DNA of 64,000 nt from Bryobacterales bacterium (lineage in GTDB: Bacteria; Acidobacteriota; Terriglobia; Bryobacterales; UBA6623). The position numbers were made by a program, and so were the translations under genes. Position 1 is the stretch's first letter; each line of letters begins with the position of its first letter. The stretch is taken from positions 8,379 to 72,378 of the forward strand of contig JAPOOG010000032.1 of NCBI GenBank assembly GCA_026713545.1. Direction: 5' to 3'. The notes beneath the pieces are model-generated. The model saw only the letters and a program-made list of their open reading frames with translations. It was not told where the DNA came from and made no database searches. Below are positions 26,446-34,953 of the stretch, piece after piece.

Positions 26446-27687
26446 ATGCCTATCAATCGACGCCAGTTCCTCGGTGCGGCGGGCGCCGCCGCGGCCGCGG
26501 CCCACGCGGCGTGCGAAAGCCAGGGGGGCGCTTCCCCCACGCTTTCCGATATCGCTTCGATCCGAGAGCGGTACCCGCGCGTGCTGCGGCAGGCGTACCT
26601 CGACACGGCGGCGCACTGCCCGCTGAGCACACATACCCGCGAGGGGATGCAAAAGTACATGGACTTCCACATGTACGGCGGCGGGGAAGGTCGCGGCGAG
26701 TATGCCGGTGAGGCGATGCGTGCCGTCAAGCCGCAGTTCGCGCGCATGATCGGCGCGAAGCCTTCGGAGATCGCCTTCGTCCAGAACACGAAAGCGGGTG
26801 AGGACATTGTGGTGAACGGCCTGGACATCCAGGCCGCGGGCGGCAACGTCGTCACGAACGACCTGCACTACGCCGGCTCGATCCACAGCTTCCTCGGCCG
26901 CAAGAAAGCCGGCATGGATGTTCGGATCATCAAGTCGAAGGATTGGGTCACCGACCTTGACGCCATGGAAGCCGCGATCGACAAGAAGACCAGGCTCGTC
27001 GCGATCACATTGGTCTCGAACGTCAACGGACACGTCGAAGACGCCAAGGCCCTCACCGGGATGGCGCACGCGAACGGCGGGTATGTCTACGCCGACATCA
27101 TTCAGGCAGCGGGCGCCATCCCGATCGACGTCAAGGCGCTCGGTCTCGATTTCGCTGCTTGCTCGAATTACAAGTGGCTCCAGGGTTGCCGCGGCTCAGG
27201 CTTTCTGTACGTCCGCGAAGAACTGCAAGGCACGGCGGTGAAAGACCTGCTCTTCCCCGGCTATGTCCGCTTCAACTACCCGCCGTGGGTGGACCCCGCC
27301 GACGGTAACGAAGATCCGATGCCCTTTTCCCCGCCCAGGAACGCCGGCCGCTATCAGCCGGGCAATACGGCCCGCGAGGGCTACTGCGGCCAGTATGAGT
27401 CGTTCAAGGTGATGGAAGCGATCGGCGTCGAAAACATGCTGGCCCATACGATGGCCCTGGTCGACCGCATCCGCAAGGAGCTTCCGGAGAGCAGGTATCG
27501 GTGCATCACGCCCGAGGGCGCTCGCAGTCCGATCCTCGTTTTCATCCCGGCGGACTACGAGGGAACGCAAGCCAGGCTGAAACAGGCGAACATTCAGGCG
27601 ACCACGACGGGGAACCGTTTGCGAATCTCGCCCAACATCTACAACAACCAGGAAGATGTCGACAAGCTGCTCGACGCCTTGGTCTGA
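26446..27687 (+). CDS. Aminotransferase class-V-fold PLP-dependent enzyme, Tat signal + lipobox (paralog 2 of 4)
   Basis: 'MPINRRQFLGAAGAAAAAAHAACES' and 'CSNYKWLQGCRGSGF'. Confidence 0.85.
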   Translation: MPINRRQFLGAAGAAAAAAHAACESQGGASPTLSDIASIRERYPRVLRQAYLDTAAHCPLSTHTREGMQKYMDFHMYGGGEGRGEYAGEAMRAVKPQFARMIGAKPSEIAFVQNTKAGEDIVVNGLDIQAAGGNVVTNDLHYAGSIHSFLGRKKAGMDVRIIKSKDWVTDLDAMEAAIDKKTRLVAITLVSNVNGHVEDAKALTGMAHANGGYVYADIIQAAGAIPIDVKALGLDFAACSNYKWLQGCRGSGFLYVREELQGTAVKDLLFPGYVRFNYPPWVDPADGNEDPMPFSPPRNAGRYQPGNTAREGYCGQYESFKVMEAIGVENMLAHTMALVDRIRKELPESRYRCITPEGARSPILVFIPADYEGTQARLKQANIQATTTGNRLRISPNIYNNQEDVDKLLDALV

Positions 27688-27775
27688 CCGGAAACATTCT
27701 CTTGATCAAGCGGCATTGACAGCGGTCCGGATGTTTCCTGCTGGTATGATCCGTGTGCGGGCGGAGAAAAAAATA
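27685..27775. repeat. 85-89 bp hairpin element, copy 3 (intergenic, directly upstream of paralog 3)
   Basis: 'TGACCGGAAACATTCTCTTGATCAAGCGGCATTGACAGCGGTCCGGATGTTTCCTGCTGGTATGATCC...GGCGGAGAAAAAA'. It starts at the stop codon of paralog 2 and ends about 12 nt before the AGGAG RBS of paralog 3. Confidence 0.8.
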
Positions 27776-27787
27776 AAAGGAGCGGCC

Positions 27788-29056
27788 ATGAACTTCAATC
27801 GAAGATCGTTTCTTGCGGGAAGCGTCGCGGCGTCCGTGGCGTCGCAGCTCGGGTGCGGTCAGGAAAGTGATGCCGCGCCGGTGCTCGGAGACCTCGACAG
27901 CGCGCGCCGCGACTTCCCGCGGTCCGCGAACGGCGTGTACATGAATCACGCCTCGCAGCACACCCTCAGCGTACAATCGGCTCGGGCAATCCAGCGGTAC
28001 GCCGACTACCTTGCGAACGAATGCTCGCGAGCCGGTTGGTACGAGGTGTCGGACGATGCAAAGGCGCTTGGCGGCGCATACAAGCGCGAAGTCAAGGAGA
28101 TGTTCGCCAGGCTGATCAATGCCCGGCCGTCTGAGATCGCCTTCTGCCTGAGCACGACCGTCGGCGAGAACATGGTCGTGAACGGCATGGGCATTCAGGA
28201 GTCCGGCGGCAATGTCGTAACGAACGATTTGCACTATTCGAGCTGCCTGTACAACTACAAGATGCGCCAGCAGCGTGGTCTTGACGTGCGCATCGTCAAG
28301 CACAGAGACTGGCGGCTCGACCCGGCCGACTTCGAAACCCTCATCGACGACAAGACGAAGCTTGTCGCGCTGACGCTGGTTTCGAACGTCAACGGATTGC
28401 TCGCCCCGGTGAAGGAGATCGCCGGCATCGCGCATCGCAACGGCGCTTATGTCTACGCGGACATCATCCAGGCCTGCGGAGCCGTGCCCATCGACGTACA
28501 AGCCATGGGGATCGACTTTGCCGCCTGCTCGACCTACAAGTGGCTGATGGGACTGCGCGGTTTCGCCTACCTCTACATCAAGGAGGACCTGCAGGGAACC
28601 GTCGTGCAGCCCACGCAGTTCGGAGGAGGCGTGAGCTTCAACTACGAGCCCTGGGTCGAAAATCCCGACTCCGGCAGTGGCGAGATCGTCTACCGGCCGA
28701 AGCAGATGGCTTCCCAGTACGAAGTGGGCAACGTATCGAGTGTCGGATGCGTTTGCCAACAGGAGGCTCTGAACTTCATCCACCGGGTCGGCGTGGATGA
28801 GATTCAGGCGCACGCGACTCCCCTGACCGAGTTCCTGCAAGAGGAGATGCCGAAGATCGGGTATGCTTCGATCACTCCGAGTGGCAATCGAAGCCCGATC
28901 ACGACGTTTCGCGTCCCTGATCCGAAAGAGGCCGAGCGGCGGCTCAAGGAAGCCCATATCGAGGTGACGCTGCGGTTCGGTAATCAGATGCGCGTATCGG
29001 TGTCGGTGATGAACAACCAGCAGGATGTCGAGGCTTTGGTGGCGGCGCTGGCGTAA
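27788..29056 (+). CDS. Aminotransferase class-V-fold PLP-dependent enzyme, Tat signal + lipobox (paralog 3 of 4)
   Basis: 'MNFNRRSFLAGSVAASVASQLGCGQ' and 'CSTYKWLMGLRGFAY'. AAGGAG RBS. Confidence 0.85.
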   Translation: MNFNRRSFLAGSVAASVASQLGCGQESDAAPVLGDLDSARRDFPRSANGVYMNHASQHTLSVQSARAIQRYADYLANECSRAGWYEVSDDAKALGGAYKREVKEMFARLINARPSEIAFCLSTTVGENMVVNGMGIQESGGNVVTNDLHYSSCLYNYKMRQQRGLDVRIVKHRDWRLDPADFETLIDDKTKLVALTLVSNVNGLLAPVKEIAGIAHRNGAYVYADIIQACGAVPIDVQAMGIDFAACSTYKWLMGLRGFAYLYIKEDLQGTVVQPTQFGGGVSFNYEPWVENPDSGSGEIVYRPKQMASQYEVGNVSSVGCVCQQEALNFIHRVGVDEIQAHATPLTEFLQEEMPKIGYASITPSGNRSPITTFRVPDPKEAERRLKEAHIEVTLRFGNQMRVSVSVMNNQQDVEALVAALA

Positions 29057-29092
29057 ATGAAATGCGGCCGACTCGATCGATGGAGAAACCCT

Positions 29093-30352
29093 ATGAACTT
29101 TGATCGACGCGATTTCCTGGCCGGTTCCGCCACGCTCGGCTCCGGCATGTTCTTTGGTTGCAGTGCGGCGGATTCCAAGATCGCCGACACTGCGCTCACG
29201 GCCGAAAATGCCGACTTCGCAACCGCCCGAGCTGCTTTCCCCTGGTCAACGAAGCAGGTCTGGCTGAACAACGCCGGCCGGCATCCCTGTGGTGTTCACT
29301 CCGTCAACGCGGCCCGCGGGTATCTCGACTACATCCTTGATGGTCCGGGAAACGGCGCCGGCTTCGGAGAAAAGCAGTTCCACGATGTGAAGGCGTTGTA
29401 CGGCGAGCTCATCAACGCCAAGGCGTCGGAAATCGCGCTCGTGCAAAGCACGCTGATCGGCGAGAACCTCGTCGCTCTCGGTCTGGGCCTGCACGACGGC
29501 AAGGGCAACGTCGTCACCGACGAGCTGCACTATCACGGCGGAAGCTATATCTATCGCCGCCTGCAGGACGCCGGGCTCGAATTGCGGATCATCAAGCAGA
29601 AAGACTGGCAAGTCACTCCTGAGGAGTACGAGCGGGTGATCGACAACGACACGAAGCTCGTCTCGCTAACCCTGGTTTCGAACATCAACGGGTTTCTCTA
29701 CGACTCCAAGGCCATCAGCGAGATCGCGCATGCCAACGGCGCCTACGTTTATGCCGACGTCGTCCAGGCGGCCGGCTGCGTTCCCGTGGACATGCGGGCC
29801 ATGGGGATCGACTTCTGCTCGGCTTCGACCTACAAGTGGCTGATGGGGATGCGCGGCCTGGGGTTGTTCTACGTGCGGGAAGAGCTTCAGGGCGGCGTGC
29901 TCAAGCCGGTGATGTACGGGGACAAGCAATACTCGAACTTCGAGTTCCACTACTTTCCGGGGAGCCCGCCGGGCGAGACGCCGATCAGCTATCAACCGCG
30001 CGGCGGGGCGCAAATATATGAGGTCGGCAACGTCTCGAACATCGCCGGGGCGGCGCAGCGCGAGGCGCTCAAGTACATCCTCAAGCTCGGTGTCGACAAC
30101 ATCCTCGCCCATGCCAAGCCCATGTGCGACAAGCTGATCGAGGAGTTGCCGAAACTTGGTTACCCTTGCATCACGCCGCCGGGCAGCCCCACGCCCATCA
30201 CGGCTTTTCTCGTCGAGAACCCCGAAGAAACCAGCGCCAGATTGAGAGCCGCCAAAGTCGCTGCCAAGGTCAAGTGGAAACAGATGCGTGTCTCGCCCTC
30301 CGTCTTCAACACGATGGCCGACGTGGACCAATTGCTGGATGCGTTATCCTGA
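29093..30352 (+). CDS. Aminotransferase class-V-fold PLP-dependent enzyme, Tat signal + lipobox (paralog 4 of 4)
   Basis: 'MNFDRRDFLAGSATLGSGMFFGCSA' and 'ASTYKWLMGMRGLGL'. Confidence 0.85.
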   Translation: MNFDRRDFLAGSATLGSGMFFGCSAADSKIADTALTAENADFATARAAFPWSTKQVWLNNAGRHPCGVHSVNAARGYLDYILDGPGNGAGFGEKQFHDVKALYGELINAKASEIALVQSTLIGENLVALGLGLHDGKGNVVTDELHYHGGSYIYRRLQDAGLELRIIKQKDWQVTPEEYERVIDNDTKLVSLTLVSNINGFLYDSKAISEIAHANGAYVYADVVQAAGCVPVDMRAMGIDFCSASTYKWLMGMRGLGLFYVREELQGGVLKPVMYGDKQYSNFEFHYFPGSPPGETPISYQPRGGAQIYEVGNVSNIAGAAQREALKYILKLGVDNILAHAKPMCDKLIEELPKLGYPCITPPGSPTPITAFLVENPEETSARLRAAKVAAKVKWKQMRVSPSVFNTMADVDQLLDALS

Positions 30353-30365
30353 CCGGTCGTATGAG

Positions 30366-30683
30366 CCTGTATTTCTCATCACGTGGCGAGACGAAGTGCG
30401 TGAGAGGGCCGTCAGGACGAGGCGCGAGCCGCTTGGCGCGCGCAGGCGTAGCGGCCATATTGCCTCCTTTGGCCTTCGGGTCACGAAACATGAGACACGG
30501 CCTTTACGGTTCACCGCCCGTCAGACATTTCTTTCGAGAACGAACCAGGCCCCCCGCCAGGGTTTTTCAAGAATCACGGCCTTGTACGCAAGCCGCCTTG
30601 GAGCGACAGCCGTACCGCCCGCCTGGGTTTTGGGGTCACGAATCACGCGACACGAGACACGAAACACGGCCTTTTAATGCAGG
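30366..30683. repeat. Long-form composite element B (one arm of the 177-bp element + S-core module + heptamer words)
   Basis: Starts CCTGTATTTCTCATCACGTGGCGAG...GCCGCTTGGCGCGCGCAGG (arm shared with copies A and D). Continues with the S-core 'CCGTCAGACATTTCT' at 30496-30568, then 'CACGAATCACGCGACACGAGACACGAAACACGG', and ends ...TTAATGCAGG. Fills almost the whole 361-bp intergenic gap. Confidence 0.75.
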
Positions 30684-30713
30684 TCAGGTTGTAGATACAT
30701 CCCGGGAGTCGTT

Positions 30714-33230
30714 ATGAATCGCTATCGCCGCAGTGTTGTCGCCCTTCTTTGCCTGACCGTTTGCATCACCTCCGGGTCGGCGCAGTTCCCGGCCAGGAAC
30801 CGCTATGCCGGAGGGTACATGTACAACTTCTACATGCCGCCGAGCGCCAGCACGCCCTGGCGGCCGGCGTGGTCGCCCGACGGCAAGGAGATCGCTTTCT
30901 CCATGTCGGGCTCGCTGTGGAAGATCAAGGTCGGCGACACCACTGCCTACGAGCTGACCGCGAACAAGACCTATGACTCCGCTCCGGCGTGGTCGCCCGA
31001 CGGCCGCTGGATCGTTTACACCGCCGAAGACGGCCAGGGCATCAACTTGATGCTCTACAACGTCGCCACCGGCGAAAGCACCGCCGTCACCCAGGGTGGC
31101 AAACTGCACGCCGACCCCGTCTGGTCGCCGGACGGCAAGACACTGGCCTATGTTCACAACGACCCCCGGAGCCGCTTCCACATCTACACGCGCTCGTTCG
31201 ACAACGGCTCCTTCGGCGAACAGGTCCGTATCACCGAGCCCAATGATTTCGGACGCGGGCGCCTCTACTTCGGGCGCTACGACGACCACATTCAGCCCAC
31301 GTTCTCGCCCGACGGCAAGGAGATCATCCTCGTTTCGAACCGCGGCATCACGTTGGGCTCCGGAGCGATTTGGCGTGCGCCGCTCGAACCGGACGCCATG
31401 TCGAAAGCCACTCGCATCCTGCGCGAAGAGACGCTGTACCGCACCAGGCCGAACTGGTCGCACGACGGCAAGCGCATCCTCTACGCCTCGCATCGCGGCA
31501 GCCAGTACACCAACCTCTACGTCCATCCCGTGCACGAAGGCGAGCCGCTGCAACTCACGCGCAATCCCTGGGACCACTTTGACCCGGCCTGGTCTCCCGA
31601 CGGCGAATGGATCGCCTACATCTCGAACGAGCACGGTCTCTCCGAGCTCCGCTTGCTCAAGACCTTCGGCGGGACCGACGAGAAAGTCGAGATCAAGCGC
31701 CGCGTCTGGCTCCGCCCGATGGGCCGCATCGAAGTGTTCGTAAAAGACGACACGACCGGCGAACTCACCGAATCGCGAATCTACATGAAGGCCTCCGACG
31801 GCAAGATCTACGCGCCCACGAACACCTACCAGCGGGTCGCCGCCCGCGCCGCCAAAGAGGACTTCTTCCACGCCCCCGGGCACTTTATCGTCGAGGTGCC
31901 GATCGGCGAGCTCATTCTCGAAGCCGCCAAGGGGCCTGAGTACTGGCCGTCCCAAGGCAACTTCTACGTCCACCCGAAAGGCGTCACGCGCATCGAGCTC
32001 GAACTCACGCGGATGGCCAGCATGAACGCCATGGGCTGGTGGAGCGGCTCGGACCATGTCCATATGAACTACGGCGGCAACCTCAACAACACGCCCGAGT
32101 ACATGTTGTTCGAGGCCAAGGCGGAAGACCTGGACCACATTGGCTGGAAGATCGCCAACAAGGACAATCGTGTCTTCGACACGCAGTACTACAAGGGCGA
32201 GCCCCTGCACTCGCTCTCCGACGATCAGAACCTGATCTCGTTCGGTGAGGAATACCGCCCCGCCTGGTACGGTCACATCAACTTCATCAATCTCACCAGG
32301 CACCTCATTTCGCCTTTCACGACCGCTTACCAGGACACCGGCATCGCCAGCCTCTATCCGAGCAACACCGACATGTTCGCCCTGGCTCGCAAACAGGGAG
32401 CCATCGGCGGGCACGTCCACCCGTTTTCACGCGAACCTTCGATGGACTCGGAATACCGCGTTGCCCAGACGTACGCCGTCGATGTGGCCCTCGGATCGTT
32501 CGAGTACCTCGAAGTGCTGACCAGCGCCAGGCACTACACGGCGACGTCGAAGGCCTGGCACCGCTCGCTGAACTGCGGCTTCAAGGTGACAGCCTCAGCC
32601 GGGGAAGATTCGATCCTGAACCTGCAGGCTACACCGCCGATCGGCGCCGCCCGCATGTATGCCTACCTGGGAGAAAAACTCACCTGGGATGGCTGGGTGG
32701 AAGCGGTCCGGGAGGGCCGGACGTTCGTCACCAATGGCCCGCTGATCCAGTTCACGATCAACGGCGAGATCCCTGGGTCGGAGATTCATTTGCCTGCGGG
32801 CGGCGGCGCGGTGGAGCTGAGAGCGACGCTCGAATCGATCGTTCCGCTCGAAACGTTCGAGATCATCCACAACGGCAAAGTCATCGAGACGATTCCTCTG
32901 GACTACGACAATCAGAAAGCGGTCTTCGAGAAACGGATCGAAGTCGCCGAAAGCGGCTGGTATACGCTCAAGGCCGCCGGTAGCGGCATCAAGCACCCCA
33001 TCGACGATGCCTATCCTGTCGCCGAAACGAGTCCGATCTACGTGCTTGTCGGCGACCAGCCCATCCGCTCGAAAGAAGATGCCGAATACTTCATCCAGTG
33101 GATCAACGACCTGATCACGCTCTGGGACGGCTACGAGTACTGGCGCTCGGACCGCGAGAAGGAGCACGTCCTCGGGCAGTTCCGCGAGGCCCTGGCGGTG
33201 TTCGAAAAGCGCCGGGACGAGGCACGGTAA
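30714..33230 (+). CDS. Secreted PD40/TolB-like beta-propeller fused to PHP/CehA-McbA-like metallohydrolase domain (paralog of 11784-14279)
   Basis: Signal 'VVALLCLTVCITSGSAQ', repeated 'WSPDG' motifs, 'WWSGSDHVHMNYGG', 'GGHVHPF'. Confidence 0.8.
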   Translation: MNRYRRSVVALLCLTVCITSGSAQFPARNRYAGGYMYNFYMPPSASTPWRPAWSPDGKEIAFSMSGSLWKIKVGDTTAYELTANKTYDSAPAWSPDGRWIVYTAEDGQGINLMLYNVATGESTAVTQGGKLHADPVWSPDGKTLAYVHNDPRSRFHIYTRSFDNGSFGEQVRITEPNDFGRGRLYFGRYDDHIQPTFSPDGKEIILVSNRGITLGSGAIWRAPLEPDAMSKATRILREETLYRTRPNWSHDGKRILYASHRGSQYTNLYVHPVHEGEPLQLTRNPWDHFDPAWSPDGEWIAYISNEHGLSELRLLKTFGGTDEKVEIKRRVWLRPMGRIEVFVKDDTTGELTESRIYMKASDGKIYAPTNTYQRVAARAAKEDFFHAPGHFIVEVPIGELILEAAKGPEYWPSQGNFYVHPKGVTRIELELTRMASMNAMGWWSGSDHVHMNYGGNLNNTPEYMLFEAKAEDLDHIGWKIANKDNRVFDTQYYKGEPLHSLSDDQNLISFGEEYRPAWYGHINFINLTRHLISPFTTAYQDTGIASLYPSNTDMFALARKQGAIGGHVHPFSREPSMDSEYRVAQTYAVDVALGSFEYLEVLTSARHYTATSKAWHRSLNCGFKVTASAGEDSILNLQATPPIGAARMYAYLGEKLTWDGWVEAVREGRTFVTNGPLIQFTINGEIPGSEIHLPAGGGAVELRATLESIVPLETFEIIHNGKVIETIPLDYDNQKAVFEKRIEVAESGWYTLKAAGSGIKHPIDDAYPVAETSPIYVLVGDQPIRSKEDAEYFIQWINDLITLWDGYEYWRSDREKEHVLGQFREALAVFEKRRDEAR

Positions 33231-33300
33231 AGCAGAGTGGTCGGGCCTGTCCGCGTCGGTCGTGAAGACGCGGTCGATCGGAGTGACGAAGGAGCAACCA

Positions 33301-34941
33301 ATGACTCGGCGCATGCGACGCAGAACCCTCTTGAAGCTGGCCGGGAGCGCTGCGGCGGCGCAGGCTTTTGCAGCGCAAGGCGAATCTGACGATGTCATCA
33401 TCAGCGAACTCGGCGCCATCGCCGTCGGTCGCGCGCCGACGGCCGCGCGCGCCGGGCATGACATCTTCGCTCGAGGGGGAAATGCCGTAGACGCGGCCGT
33501 CGCCGCAGCCTTGCCCGCGGCCGTCGTCGAGCCCGCCTCGTGCGGCATTGCCGGATACGGCACGCACATCACGATCGGCCGGGCTGACGGCAAGGTCGCT
33601 TGCATCGACGCCAACTCCATGGCGCCTCAGGCGGCGCGGCCTGACATGTTCAAGCACGACGGCACGGGGCAGGTCCCTGGCAAGGTCAACTACTACGGCT
33701 GGCTTGCCGCCGGCATACCCGGCGTCATGGCCGGACTCCAGGCGGCGCTTGACGGCCACGGCAAGAAGAAGCTGGGCGACGTGGCCGCATCGGCGATCCG
33801 TTACGCCCGCGACGGGTTCGCCGTGAACGAACGTGTTGCCCGATCGTTTCAAGGCTCTGCCGGCCACTTCCTCCGCGACGCGGCCTCGAAGAAGCTCTAC
33901 TTCCACGGGGATGAGCCGATCCGCGCAGGACAGAGGTATCGCAACCCGGACCTCGCCTCCATGCTCGAAACGCTGGCTGACCGCGGCACGGCCGATTCCT
34001 TCTACCGAGGCGACATCGGCCGCCAGATATCCGCTGCATTTCAAAAGCACGGCGGCATCGCTACGGCTGACGATTTCGCGGCCTACGAAGCCAGGCAGGT
34101 CGAAACCAACCGACTCTCGTGGCGCGGCTACTCGATGCACACCGCTCCGGTCAGCGCCGGCGGCCTTTCGACCTTGCAGGCGCTGGCCATCGTGAAGGCT
34201 CTGAAGTGGGAAGAGTGGACGGCACGGCACGAAAAGAACCACGCCGCGCTCGAAGCTCTGCGGCTCGTCTGGGCCGACCGGTTCCGGTATTTCGGCGACC
34301 CGGAACACGTCGATGTCCCCGTTGCGCGCCTGCTCTCTGACGATTATGTCCGCGATCTCGCGGACAAAGTCGAAAGCTCCGTGAAAGCGGGCCGCCCCAT
34401 CGAGCAGGACTTCGATTCCTACGAGCAGAGGGGGACCATTCACATCAGCTCGTCCGACCGGGAAGGCAACGTCGTGGCTGTCACCCTCACCCACGGCGGC
34501 GGTTTCGGCGCGCGCGTCACTGTGGAGGGCCTTGGGCTTACGCTCGGACACGGCGTTTCGCGGTTCGACCCCCGCCCGGGCCGTGCGAATTCGATCGCCC
34601 CGCGCAAGCGCCCGCTGAACAATATGACGCCCACCGTCGTTTTGCGCGATGGCCGTCCCATCCTCGCCCTCGGCGGGCGGGGTGGACGCCGCATTCCCAA
34701 CATGCTCTACTCGGCTCTGTTGCACTTCGTCGGCGAAGATCGTTCCATGGTTGAATCCGTCAACGGCCCCCGGATGCACACCCTCGGCAATATGAACCTT
34801 ACTCTCGACAACCCGTGGAAAGCCGAAGACGTCGGTTTTTTCAAAAAGATCGGGTATCGAGTCTCCCGCGGCGGAGTCGCTTTGCTGAGCGCCGCCTCTT
34901 TCGATCCGCGCACGGGGAAAGTTGCTGCCGCATTCCGCTAG
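33301..34941 (+). CDS. ggt: Gamma-glutamyltransferase family protein (Tat signal)
   Basis: 'MTRRMRRRTLLKLAGSAAAAQAFA', 'GGNAVDAAVAA', the autoprocessing-site-like 'RGTIHISSSD', and 'NNMTPTVV'. Confidence 0.85.
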   Translation: MTRRMRRRTLLKLAGSAAAAQAFAAQGESDDVIISELGAIAVGRAPTAARAGHDIFARGGNAVDAAVAAALPAAVVEPASCGIAGYGTHITIGRADGKVACIDANSMAPQAARPDMFKHDGTGQVPGKVNYYGWLAAGIPGVMAGLQAALDGHGKKKLGDVAASAIRYARDGFAVNERVARSFQGSAGHFLRDAASKKLYFHGDEPIRAGQRYRNPDLASMLETLADRGTADSFYRGDIGRQISAAFQKHGGIATADDFAAYEARQVETNRLSWRGYSMHTAPVSAGGLSTLQALAIVKALKWEEWTARHEKNHAALEALRLVWADRFRYFGDPEHVDVPVARLLSDDYVRDLADKVESSVKAGRPIEQDFDSYEQRGTIHISSSDREGNVVAVTLTHGGGFGARVTVEGLGLTLGHGVSRFDPRPGRANSIAPRKRPLNNMTPTVVLRDGRPILALGGRGGRRIPNMLYSALLHFVGEDRSMVESVNGPRMHTLGNMNLTLDNPWKAEDVGFFKKIGYRVSRGGVALLSAASFDPRTGKVAAAFR

Positions 34942-34953
34942 AGGACCACTGCC

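Noticed and set aside
30684-34779. Long minus-strand ORFs (578, 341 and 554 aa) opposite the PD40/PHP and GGT genes. The same pattern occurs at 19508-21511(+), 55651-57120(-) and 59273-60535(+).
   Set aside because: All are antisense to motif-supported genes and show shadow-ORF composition.
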